A stretch of 63,962 bases of DNA, filler included, from Reclinomonas americana ATCC 50394 (taxonomy: Eukaryota), in NCBI GenBank assembly GCA_048213135.1. It is 4 parts of 2 records of this genome, joined end to end, with 100 filler letters (N's around TTAATTAATTAA, not from the genome) between each part and the next. Parts side by side here need not be neighbours in the genome. Positions count along the whole stretch, not along the records: positions 25,773 to 51,442 come from PS015095.1; 3 more parts are not named here. One strand, written 5' to 3'. A model generated the notes under the pieces. It ran no database searches and was not told where the DNA came from. It was given only the letters and a program-made list of their open reading frames with translations. Position numbers and translations under genes: made by a program. Shown here piece after piece: positions 37,823 to 51,542 of this stretch (position 1 is the stretch's first letter; each line of letters starts with the position of its first letter).

Positions 37823-39848
37823 ATGTCGTCGCGCGCCAACCTCACATTCCCCTTTCTCAGTCTCCTCCTCCTCTTGCTCATCCTCGCGATCGCCTTGTGC
37901 TCACCTCCATCGGTGCTGGCAAGGGAGGCGCACGAGCGGCCACAAACAGTCATCCGACCGCAAGGATTCCGCACCACGCGCGTCCGCGGCTATCACCGAC
38001 TGCGTCCCTCCTCCCCTCACTCGGCCTCTCCTTCCCTGCATCACCAACAACAGCAGCACCTCAGAGGAGACGCACACGTGCACGTGGCAAAGGAATCGCA
38101 TGACGGTGGAATTATGCATCGCTTTGTGCACGCGCATGAGCGTGTGAATGGTGAGTGGAGTGGAGGGCGTGTGTAGAGAGGGAAGGTGTGCCTGCCTGCT
38201 CATCTCCATGTGTGTGTGAAGATGAGTGGAATCAGCCTCTTGCCGCTGTTCCTGTGTGGAACATCACGGCCCCGGCCATTCCCAGCAACCGACTGGCGGT
38301 GGTCTTTGCGGGCACTGGTGTGGCGGTGTTTGGTGAGTGTGCGATGCGAGGAGAGAGAGAGAGAGGTAAAATGAGCTCTGTTGCTCACTTGTCCGACTGC
38401 GCAGGCTATCAGTACTCGGGCGATCCGCACTTGGTGTCGGTGCATGTCAACTCGGGGCGCATCGAGTGGGTGCGTTGAGCTGTTATTGCCTTTTCCTACT
38501 GTTGCTCTCTGATCGCTCATCTCTTTTGGCGCGCGCGCGGCAGAGCGGACGACCGGGAAATCACTGGGGCTATGCGGTGGACACGGCACTGGGAAGCGGC
38601 ACGGTGGCCGCCGTTGGGTGTGAGTTTGAGTATGCGCAGTGTGTGGTGTACGGGTGGAAGGATGGCTCGTCGGGAGGCGATCCGCTGTGGCAGCTGCGGA
38701 TGCCGCCCATGGCCGGGCAAATTATCGGCAATCCGGTGGAGAACGCCGTGCAGTTGTCGTACGACGGTACTCTCGGTCTGGCCACCATGATCAACCCCGA
38801 CTATACTGTTGCGTGCACGACGCCAGAGTCGTCTCCTCCGTCCCTTTCCCTTGTTCTCATTATGCGCTGCGTGCAGGCGACACTGGTGTGGTTCAACGCG
38901 CAGACCGGCGAACAGATTGGCACTGTTGTGGTGCCGGCCGTCGGCACCAACGACCATCACGTGTGGCTGGACCGCTCACCGACGTCGACCACACGCACGG
39001 CTCTGGTGTTTGGCGACCGTGTGTACCGTCTCACGCTGGACACCAAGGGAGCGCTGACCCCGGTGTCGGTTCCGCTGCCGGACGCGGTGCCGCCGCTGAC
39101 TGGCTCGCTGATGCAGGCCTCCAACGATATTAGCGCGCTGCTGGTGGTGTCGAGCAAGACACAGTCGGAGTGCCCGGCGACCGCCGGACGTGCGTGGTAC
39201 CTCGAGTCGTGCACCGGCTCCGCGTGCACACTCACCAAGTCTGCGTGCTCCGTGAGCCTCCAAACCACGTGGCTCGACACGACGCCGCGTGCCGTCTCCA
39301 CTGGTGGACTGTACACACCCAACTGGCTCAACCCGACGCAGGTCACCATCGTCACCGAGGTCATTGATCTGGCCTCTGGCGGCCTGGTCTTCACCGTCTC
39401 CCAGCCGTTCAATTGCACCGATGGTTCGCCGCCCGTCTTTGTTTTCTTCTTCATTTCCCCTGACTCACCGGCTGGTGGTCTGCACAGCCAACGACTGCAG
39501 CAACATTGAGTATTACGCGACACCGGCTGTGGACGCCACGAGCACATTTGTGGCGTGGGCGGCCACCGGACGCGGTGTGTACTTGCTGGACTTGCGGTCT
39601 CGCGCGTTGAAGCTGGCATTCACGTTGGACGCGAACACTAGCTTGGTGAGTCGTGGTGCCTGTGTCGGGCGACATTCTCATTCTCATTTGCTCCCCTCGC
39701 CGAAATGCAGTGCGGCACCTCGGCGCTCAGTATCATGTGGGTTCGCGGCGCGCCGTTTGTCTACATCACGGTGGCTGCCGCGGCGCCGACCCAGGGCGAC
39801 TGCACACGGTCGGTACTCGCCGGTTGGGAGGTGCCCGTCGACCGATAA
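37823..39848 (+). CDS. secreted beta-rich (beta-propeller-like) hypothetical protein, multi-exon
   Basis: N-terminal signal peptide (FLSLLLLLLILAIALC), propeller-like strands (VNSGRIEW, GDPLWQL, FNAQTGEQI, IDLASGGLVF, VYLLDL) and paired Cys. Confidence 0.6.
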
Positions 39849-39958
39849 GCAGTGATCGGGAGAGGCACACACAGACAGAAGAGAGACAGTGGCTTGGCCC
39901 CCCAAAAAAATACAGCATTGCGTAGTCTTGTGTTTCACCATTGTCGTTTCGACAAGTC

Positions 39959-41841
<1,883 letters not shown>

Positions 41842-42029
41842 TGATGCCACGCACACACACACACAAGGGAGATGCGCGGGAAAGCACCTTCCAGGACACA
41901 ACAAAACGTCGCCCTTGCTTTACTCTATCTCTTCCTCCCATTGCCGCCACAGGCTGCCACAAGCGCAGGGCGTGGTCTCCTTCCTGTTCACAGTAGCCTG
42001 CCCCCCCATCTCTCTTTCTCCCTCCTATC

Positions 42030-44505
42030 AATGTCATCTCCGCCGGTGAATGATGCCTATAGTCTCCGAAATACTGATCGTCACTGCGCGCGCACACTGA
42101 CTCGTGCACAGCAGGTGGCGGCGGCCGGAGTCTCGTCGGCTCGCCACCGAAAAGGCAACCGTATTCAGTGGACCGAAGAAGAGGTGCGTGCATGTGTGTG
42201 AGAGAGCACACACCACATATGCGCGTTTGTGTCTGTCTCCCTTACCCCGCGCGCACGCATAGAACATGCTGCTGCAACGCGCAGTGGAGGAAGTCGGCGC
42301 CAACTGGAAAGACGTGGCAGCGCGAGTGCCGCGTCGCACCGTGCAGCAGTGTCGGCAGCACTGGACGCGACTGCACATCAAAGCCTCCGAGTGGACCGCC
42401 GGTGAAGACGACATGCTAGCAGAGGCGGTCGACGAGCTCGGCACTGGCAGCTGGGCCGCGGTGGCTGCACGCATGAGTGGAGGGCGCAGTGAGCGGCAGT
42501 GTCGAGAGCGGTGGACGCGGGCGCTGCAGTGGAGCGCAGAGGAGGATGAGCGACTTACCGAGCTGGTGGGCGTGTGTGGCNNNNNNNNNNNNNNNNNNNN
42601 NNNNNNNNNNNNNNNNNNNNNNNNNNNNNNNNNNNNNNNNNNNNNNNNNNNNNNNNNNNNNNNNNNNNNNNNNNNNNNNNNNNNNNNNNNNNNNNNNNNN
42701 NNNNNNNNNNNNNNNNNNNNNNNNNNNNNNNNNNNNNNNNNNNNNNNNNNNNNNNNNNNNNNNNNNNNNNNNNNNNNNNNNNNNNNNNNNNNNNNNNNNN
42801 NNNNNNNNNNNNNNNNNNNNNNNNNNNNNNNNNNNNNNNNNNNNNNNNNNNNNNNNNNNNNNNNNNNNNNNNNNNNNNNNNNNNNNNNNNNNNNNNNNNN
42901 NNNNNNNNNNNNNNNNNNNNNNNNNNNNNNNNNNNNNNNNNNNNNNNNNNNNNNNNNNNNNNNNNNNNNNNNNNNNNNNNNNNNNNNNNNNNNNNNNNNN
43001 NNNNNNNNNNNNNNNNNNNNNNNNNNNNNNNNNNNNNNNNNNNNNNNNNNNNNNNNNNNNNNNNNNNNNNNNNNNNNNNNNNNNNNNNNNNNNNGATGAT
43101 GATGGCGACGAATTGCAGTGGGCGACCGTGGCCGCCGGTATACCGGGCCGGAGCGATACCGAGTGCCGGCGACGATGGAGCAGAGTGTCGGGCTTGTTGC
43201 GCAAGAGTGGTGCGACGCGCAGAAAAGCCTCGTGGACGACCGAGGAGGATGAGTGGTTGACGGCGTTGGTGAATCAATACGGCACCAGTAAGTGGGGCAC
43301 GGTGGCTGCCGCCATGACGGGTCGCTCCGACCACGAGTGCGACAGCGGTGGAACACGGTCGTCAATCCGCACGTTAATAAGCAGTGGTGGAGTCCCGAGG
43401 AGAACCAGCGGCTGACGAAGCTGGTGAAGAAGCACGGCGCCAACCGCTGGCCGACCATCGCCAACCACATGCCCGGGCGGACCGCCTCGCAGTGCCTCCT
43501 CCACTGGACGCAGTCGCTGGATCCACGCATCAACAAGTGCAGCTGGGCCAAGGAGGAGGATGAGCGACTGACGGCGTTGGTGAACGAGTTCGGCATGCGA
43601 CACTGGGTGGAGATTGCCGCGCAAATGCCCGGCCGCACCAACAGCCAGTGCCGGCAACGGTGGACGCGGGTCATTGATCCGAAAATCAAGAAAGGCATGT
43701 GGTCACAGGAGGAGGATGAGCTCCTGCTCCAGTTGGTCGACGAGCACGGCACGCGCAACTGGGCCGAGATCTCGGCTCGCATGCCGAGCCGCATCGATGT
43801 GCAGTGCCGCANNNNNNNNNNNNNNNNNNNNCCCGATGGATGCAGATGCTGGACCAGCGCTCCCGCGGCACCAGCCTGCAGATCCCCGCCAACTCTGCGG
43901 GGGCCACCTCTACCTCCTCTTCTTCCTCCTCCTCCACCACCACCACCACCACCACCACCGTCACCATCACCGACACGTCGATTACCACCACCACCACCAC
44001 CACCACGACACCGGCCGAGAGAAGAATATCAGCGGCCTCAGACAGTAGCAACACGAGCGGTGGCAGCAGCAACAGCAGTGGTGGTGGCGGTGGCGGCAGC
44101 TCCAGCGAGCGACGTCGGAAAGCCGCCAAGCAGGCGCAGTTGCGTCGTCACGAGTGTGCATGTGATGCAATGGGTAGCGCCTCTCTCACGCACACACGCA
44201 GAGCGTATTCCGCGGCGGGTGACGCTGCTGCGGATGGGAGTGGCGAGGATGCACTCATGCTACTCTCTCGAGTCGTGTCGTCGGCGACCGCCTCCCGCAA
44301 GCAGCGACACAGTGAGCGCTTCCGCGACGATGACGACGACGATGACGACGACGATGCTGACGAGTCGTCGCTGTCAAGTGACGGCACGTGGGAGAGCGAC
44401 GACGACGGCGATGAGGGCAACAGCGACGAGTATGCGGCAGTGTGCACATCGCCGCACAAGAGACCATGCAACCGGCGCGAAGCCTCGGCGGCCGCAGTCG
44501 CTTGA
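42030..44505 (+). CDS. multi-repeat Myb/SANT DNA-binding protein (at least 8 repeats; SNAPc4/4R-Myb-like), with gaps and one frameshift
   Basis: Repeated W(T/S).EED..L...V...G...W..(I/V)A..(M/V)PGR...QCR.RW units, followed by a T/S/D-rich tail. The 3' end is uncertain. Confidence 0.9.
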
Positions 44506-44993
44506 GAGAGAAGACAATTTGTTTTTGCTGAGGAATTTGAGAGTTTACGCAAGTCTAGTGTGGAAACTGGTGGTGCAGCGCGCAAGCACGTTGCGGATGC
44601 ATTGCTGGCAGTGATGGGTGCATCTACTACTGCACAAAACAAGCGCCGAGTGGTGCGACCAATTTTGTGTAAGGTGCGGCGTCGCATGCGCGCGGGTGAA
44701 TTTTCGTCCACAGGAAAGCACCCGTCTGGCGGAAAGAGGATATTATCGATGTTGCTACGTATACTGTGCAGTAGGGTAAGCAAGCGGAGCATGCGACAGC
44801 ACGGGAGCTTGTGAACGTAATATCGACAATTCATGATCAAGCTTTCACTGCAGCTGTCTGCGCATGCAGCGTCGCACGGAGGGATTCTCACGACTTCTGC
44901 AAGTCACCCCTCTTGCACAAACCACCACTCTCCGAGGCAAAGGCAACTCAACTTCACAGATATCGGGGGGACAAGACAAACAGCACAGAGAAA

Positions 44994-47613
44994 ATGGCTC
45001 CGAACGCGGGCATTCTCTACACCATCGTCATCAGCGTGTTGCGCTTTGTGCTCCACACGTTCTACAGTTGCGTGTGCACGAGTGTGCAAGTGTGTGAGTG
45101 CGAGAGAGAAGAACTCACAAGCGCGCACAGAGCGGATTGAGTTGCGTGGCACGGAAAACATTCCCGATGACGCGCCAGTGATCTTGGCAGGGTGAGCGCG
45201 CGCTCTCTCACTCTGTATGTGTGCATGTGTGTGCATAAGAGAGAGAGAGAGTCAAACGCTCACGCTCTTCTTTGATTGAGCAGCATGCATCCGAATGGAC
45301 TCGTCGATGGTCTGCTGGTGGCCTGCACGTGCGGAAGGTACATCACTCACTTGTCTGATGTTGTTGTCTGAGTGCCACTCTCGTCTCTCTCACACACATA
45401 CACGCACAGGCCGCTGTCCTTTGTCGTCAAGGCGCCACTGTTGCGCATTCCGGTGGTCGGCTGGCTGCTGCGCAAGCTGCATGCAGTGGGCGTCAATCGC
45501 CGCAGCGATCAGGCCGCTGGTCAGGCAGCGGTATGTCACACAGTGAGAGGGGAGGGGGAGGAGACAAAAAAGAGACAACAAGGGAAGCCTGACACGCTGG
45601 GTGACTGCAGAACAATGACGATGCGTTCCGCGGAATGGTGAGCTGCTGCGTCTGCTTTTGCTGTCTCTTTTTTTTCCGTGGTGGTGTTCACGAGGTGCGT
45701 GGTCCAGCGTGACTTGCTGCGTCGCAACGGCGCCATGATCATCTTCCCCGAGGGCATCTCGCACAACGAGAGCGATGTTGCGCGTCAGTGGTGTTGTGAT
45801 TGCGAGTGGTGGATTCTGACTCGTTGAGCAGATTCAGGAGCTCCGGACGGGCTTTGCACGTGCAGCCATTGCGGCGTTGCGGAGCGAGGAAGGCGCGAAG
45901 ACGCCGATTGAGCGCGTGTACGGTCAGTGTAGTGAGTGGTGGATGGGATGACGATGTGTTGCAGTTGCATGACTCGACTCGCGCAGTGGTGCCTGTCGGC
46001 TTGAACTACCTCAACAAGAACGAACTGCGCACGGACGTGTTTGTGGTGCGATGCGCACCTCTGCCTCCGTACGCTTGTGGCTGTTGATGGCTCGTCATCT
46101 GAATACACCGCGCGCTCGCAGGAGTTCGGAAAGCCGTTGGTGGTGGAGGCGGCCACTGTGGCCGACTCGGTGGCTGCCGGAAAGGAGTTTGATTTGGCTC
46201 ATGTTGCGTCGCCTCCTGCTTTCTGCATCCGTGCACACACACTGCTGCTCATCCAATCGTCGATCGGCAGCAACTTCGCGACAGCCTGGCTGAGCGGTGA
46301 GCGACAAGCGCAGCCGTCTGCACGTCAAGCTTGCACTCACCCCGTGAATAATAGTTTGCGCGAAGTCACATTGACGGCGCCCAGCTGGACTCACATTCAC
46401 CTGCTGTCCCTGGCGCGCAAGATGTACATGGAAGACGGTCAGCCTCGTACTCTCACTCTCTCTTTCGGTATTCTCTCACTGCCGATCTCTTCTCGCAGGC
46501 GCGGAGGAGCTGACGCCTCACGAAACCATCGATGTCATGCGCAAGTTTGTGGAGCAGTACAACAAGGCTGCTGCGCAGGATCCCGAAGTGCAGGCCATTA
46601 GACCGGATCTTGAGTTGTACGGCGCGCAGCTTGCGGTGTTGCGCATGTCCGACAATGTTGCGCTGTCGTCGGGTGTGCTGCTGTTGCTGCTGCTCCTGCA
46701 ACTAACTCGTGCCGCAGGAAGTGGTCACCACTCATTCGCGATCGCTGCTCCTCCGCCTCCTCTTTACGCTGCTCGTCGTGTGCGTCCCACACACACTTCA
46801 CATACGCGCTTGAACGAAGAAGGCCGCTGCATGTGTGTTGACCCTGAGTCTGTTGTTGTGCGCAGGTGGCCACTGGCAGCGCCAGGACTCGTTGTCTATG
46901 CACCTCTGTTGCGTACATTCCCCCTCCCAACCAACCAACCATTGCACCTACATGTACACTCACCTGCTGCCGATGTACAGGGCGTTCGTGTCACGTTGGG
47001 TGAGCAAACGGTTGGCGGCAGGCTATCGCGACCAGATTGGTTAGTTCCGCCACCACACCACATGTTCCATCGCCTCACTGACCACCTCCCTCCTATGCTC
47101 GTCACAGCGCACTACCGAATGATGGTGGGCCTGCTGCTCTCGGTGTTCATGCTCGTGGTGGCCTTTACCATCGCCTTCCTGCGCTACAATGTGGTGACAG
47201 CCATGCTGACGGTGACGGCCTTGTTCATTGCCGGCAATATTGTTGCGCACTCTCCTATCCTCTCCTTCACATTCACGCTCGCACGCTCACCCGCTCACAC
47301 AACCACAGTCCATTCGCCTGCGTCCAATGCGCCTCACTCTGGCCACCTGCAAGCGCCTGCTCTTCTCCCAGTTCCTCGACATCAACGCCCTTCGTGCTCG
47401 CCGTGCAGAACTCAAGACGCGCATCGTGGCGTTGCGTCATATGCATCCCCTATGCGCGTGCATCCAACCCCGAACTGGAGCTCTCACCACGCGTTTTGCT
47501 TGCACAGCGTCACCGACAAGTACCTCGACGACAATCTGCGCGCCAAACTTCGTGCTCCGCGTCCAGCCAGTGACCTGACTTCCACGCTGCTCTCCTCCTC
47601 GTCGTCCACGTAA
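44994..47613 (+). CDS. glycerol-3-phosphate O-acyltransferase (PlsC fold, Gpt2/Sct1-like), multi-exon
   Basis: FYKRIELRGTENIPDDAPVILAGMHPNGLVD (HX5D), RPLSFVVKAPL, IIFPEGISH, LRTGFAR, VVPVGLNY, EFGKPL, LREVTLTAPSW and C-terminal TM helices. Confidence 0.88.
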
Positions 47614-48078
47614 TCCTGCGCACGCAGCAGGGAAAGAAGAGAGAAAGAAGAGGAGTAAAGGTCGACTTGCATGTCCCACTCGCAGCGGACAACTCGTAAA
47701 AAAAGCCAAAGGCGATGCCGCGCAAGGGCAGCCCCACAGGAGCTGCAGGTGAACCTCTCTCCTTCCTTCCAGTATGCTCTTTCCCGCCCACTCTGCTCTC
47801 TCTCTCGATCTCCCTCACGCCACACACACGCTCTCCTCACACACGTGTGTGTGTGCCGCGGAATAAGTCGACAAGTGTCTCCTCTGCTCGCCCGCATGCA
47901 CACTCACTGACAGCGAGTGAGGCACGCGGATGAGTGGCACATCCACCAGCAGAGAGAGAGAGAGAGAGTGCGTGTGTGTGAGCCAGAAATGTCCCGGAAA
48001 CAGACTCACACACCGCAGCGCTCCTCCTACGCTCTCCCTTCCTCTGTGGCACTGTTATGCACACGCAGTGAGACGCAT

Positions 48079-49020
48079 CTGCATGCGTGCTTGACGATTG
48101 TCAAGAACGGAACCTTCGGCCTCTTGTTCTCTCCGCATTCTGTTGTCCACTTGACTTTTGCTGCCACTCGCTCACACACGCGCGCGCGCACACACACACA
48201 GGTGCGGTCAAGTCAAAGGCGGTCTCTACTGGCGAAGAGGTACTTGCCTCTCTCTCGCTCTCTCATGTGTGCATGTTGCAGTTTTATTTACTCATCTGCT
48301 GCCAGGCTGCTCGTGTGCGTCGCCGATTGGCGTTTGCACTCGGAAACGCCAGCGATGTTGCGTGTGTGTTTTGTTGTGCTCGGTTGCTCGGTTGGGAAGT
48401 CGGGCACTCGTCGAGGACTGACACTGTGTGCAGGTGGCCGCGGTGCTGTTTGAACTCGTGCGCAACGTGAGCGTGGCAGAGGTGGCGCCCCCATCGACAC
48501 CGCTGGCTGAGGTCTCTTGCGTTTGATCCCACTCTTCATCTGTGCATGACTTGACTGACTGGTGGATTGGCAGACGGCGGCGGCGGCGACTGATGAGGCT
48601 GGTGGCAGCGGCTCGGGTTCGGCTGCTGCTGCTGCTGCTGCGGCCACTGCGCCGACGACGACGCCGGTGGCGTCGGTGATGGCGACGCGCGCGGCGATCT
48701 GTGAAGCAGCTTCGCGTGTGCATGCGCAGACACGGCAGATTGTGACGCTCCTGCGCGACAATGTGTTTGAGAGTGCGGGTGATTATGGCGATGAGGGCAC
48801 GGGGGTGGTGGACAGTGAAGCGGTGCAGCGTGCCGACGGCGCCGAGGCTGGCGTGTTTTCGCGTCTGCTTGAGGGTTTCATCAACACCATGATGAAGCCG
48901 CTGATGAAGGAGGTGCGTGCGCGCGTGTCTGTTTGTCATCTCCTGTTCTGTGCGCACTCATCCAACCCCTTCGTTACCAGCTGTACGAGACCGACAGTCG
49001 GCAAGACAGCCAGCGGTCGA
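48079..49020 (+). CDS. hypothetical protein, exons running into a gap
   Basis: Phase-consistent exons GAVKSKAVSTGEE|AARVRRRLAFALGNASD|VAAVLFELV...|TAAAATDEAG...FINTMMKPLMKE. Start not established. Confidence 0.5.
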
Positions 49021-49509
49021 NNNNNNNNNNNNNNNNNNNNNNNNNNNNNNNNNNNNNNNNNNNNNNNNNNNNNNNNNNNNNNNNNNNNNNNNNNNNNNNN
49101 NNNNNNNNNNNNNNNNNNNNNNNNNNNNNNNNNNNNNNNNNNNNNNNNNNNNNNNNNNNNNNNNNNNNNNNNNNNNNNNNNNNNNNNNNNNNNNNNNNNN
49201 NNNNNNNNNNNNNNNNNNNNNNNNNNNNNNNNNNNNNNNNNNNNNNNNNNNNNNNNNNNNNNNNNNNNNNNNNNNNNNNNNNNNNNNNNNNNNNNNNNNN
49301 NNNNNNNNNNNNNNNNNNNNNNNNNNNNNNNNNNNNNNNNNNNNNNNNNNNNNNNNNNNNNNNNNNNNNNNNNNNNNNNNNNNNNNNNNNNNNNNNNNNN
49401 NNNNNNNNNNNNNNNNNNNNNNNNNNNNNNNNNNNNNNNNNNNNNNNNNNNNNNNNNNNNNNNNNNNNNNNNNNNNNNNNNNNNNNNNNNNNNNNNNNNN
49501 NNNNNNNNN

Positions 49510-49938
49510 TCGCCGACTCACCAGCTCGAGTGCAAAACAAGGCACCCTCGCCACATTCGCTGGGTTCAAGCTTGCGGCGTCCAATCACCACAATAGCTCG
49601 GTTGGCCGCCTTCTGAGCGCCGGCGCCCGCCAGTCGCTTCTCTTGCGCCTTCTCCAACGCCGAAATCTGGTCGTAGCTGTCGACAATCTCCGTGTGCTTG
49701 CTCAGGTACTCGAGCGGTTCTTGTCGCTCCAACAAGTGCGCCAGCGTGGCGAACAGCACCTCCGGACTGCGCCAGTTCTTGCACAGCTTGAGTGAGACCC
49801 ACAGCAGCTCCTCGTTGCGCACCGTCGTGTACTTGTACACGCCAGACAGAAAATCGGCAATCGCATGCTGATACACCAGGTCGTTCAGCATCTCGAAGAA
49901 GAAGTGGATCTGCGGATAGATGCGATCGCGCAGCGCCG
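49510..49938 (-). CDS. coding fragment, unknown helical protein
   Basis: Gap-bounded open frame with coding-like bias: ALRDRIYPQIHFFFEMLNDLVYQHAIADFL...CKNWRSPEVLFATLAHLL. Confidence 0.6.
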
Positions 49939-50844
49939 NNNNNNNNNNNNNNNNNNNNNNNNNNNNNNNNNNNNNNNNNNNNNNNNNNNNNNNNNNNNNN
50001 NNNNNNNNNNNNNNNNNNNNNNNNNNNNNNNNNNNNNNNNNNNNNNNNNNNNNNNNNNNNNNNNNNNNNNNNNNNNNNNNNNNNNNNNNNNNNNNNNNNN
50101 NNNNNNNNNNNNNNNNNNNNNNNNNNNNNNNNNNNNNNNNNNNNNNNNNNNNNNNNNNNNNNNNNNNNNNNNNNNNNNNNNNNNNNNNNNNNNNNNNNNN
50201 NNNNNNNNNNNNNNNNNNNNNNNNNNNNNNNNNNNNNNNNNNNNNNNNNNNNNNNNNNNNNNNNNNNNNNNNNNNNNNNNNNNNNNNNNNNNNNNNNNNN
50301 NNNNNNNNNNNNNNNNNNNNNNNNNNNNNNNNNNNNNNNNNNNNNNNNNNNNNNNNNNNNNNNNNNNNNNNNNNNNNNNNNNNNNNNNNNNNNNNNNNNN
50401 NNNNNNNNNNNNNNNNNNNNNNNNNNNNNNNNNNNNNNNNNNNNNNNNNNNNNNNNNNNNNNNNNNNNNNNNNNNNNNNNNNNNNNNNNNNNNNNNNNNN
50501 NNNNNNNNNNNNNNNNNNNNNNNNNNNNNNNNNNNNNNNNNNNNNNNNNNNNNNNNNNNNNNNNNNNNNNNNNNNNNNNNNNNNNNNNNNNNNNNNNNNN
50601 NNNNNNNNNNNNNNNNNNNNNNNNNNNNNNNNNNNNNNNNNNNNNNNNNNNNNNNNNNNNNNNNNNNNNNNNNNNNNNNNNNNNNNNNNNNNNNNNNNNN
50701 NNNNNNNNNNNNNNNNNNNNNNNNNNNNNNNNNNNNNNNNNNNNNNNNNNNNNNNNNNNNNNNNNNNNNNNNNNNNNNNNNNNNNNNNNNNNNNNNNNNN
50801 NNNNNNNNNNNNNNNNNNNNNNGAGAGAGAGAGAGAGAGCATGC

Positions 50845-51384
50845 ACTGAGCGGGTGCATGAAGGAAAAAGCATCACTGAGGAGCGCGCTCACCACCACCG
50901 ACATCATCACCACATGCTCCGGCATAGGTTCGCTATCGGGGGACAGCTGCTGCGCGGGTGGACGCTGCACAGGGAACCGACGTGGCAGCGCCGTGACGCG
51001 AATGACTTCCAGCGAAAGCGGCTCCACCAGCGCAAACTCAGGCTGTACACCGGGCCGTCGCACAAAGAGCAGCAGATGCGAGCCGAGACGTTGCAGACCA
51101 AACACAGTGACTGCCGTTGGCACAGTATCGTCTTTGTGTGAGCGGCACGAAAAGAAGAATGTGAATACATGAGGTGGAACACAGTGCGCAGGGTGGAAAC
51201 AGAAAGAAGAGTGACAGGGTGCACACAAACACACAAACACGATCACAAACAGTGCGCGCACTGAAGACGAACCACGTGGGCGGGGAAATGTCAGCTGGCG
51301 ACTGGTGAGTACGCGACTCTCGGTCGGATCAATCTGCAGCACCGACATGAAGCCATTGGCCCACGCCATGTACAACTTGTTGCC
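50845..51384 (-). CDS. coding fragment, unknown beta-rich protein (two exons)
   Basis: NKLYMAWANGFMSVLQIDP... and ...VFGLQRLGSHLLLFVRR..., separated by intron-like sequence. Confidence 0.5.
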
Positions 51385-51442
51385 TGTGCGCCGTGACAGT
51401 GAGGGCGGGTGGGTGGACGGCGCCGCGAGACACGCGCTTCAA

Positions 51443-51542
51443 NNNNNNNNNNNNNNNNNNNNNNNNNNNNNNNNNNNNNNNNNNNNTTAATTAATTAANN
51501 NNNNNNNNNNNNNNNNNNNNNNNNNNNNNNNNNNNNNNNNNN
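51443..51542. other. artificial contig-join spacer
   Basis: N44-TTAATTAATTAA-N44. Confidence 0.97.

Noticed and set aside
48917-51375. Long ORFs of 300-600 aa spanning N runs (also at 5831-7900, 15393-16731 and 42034-43794)
   Set aside because: They are artefacts of translating through gaps.
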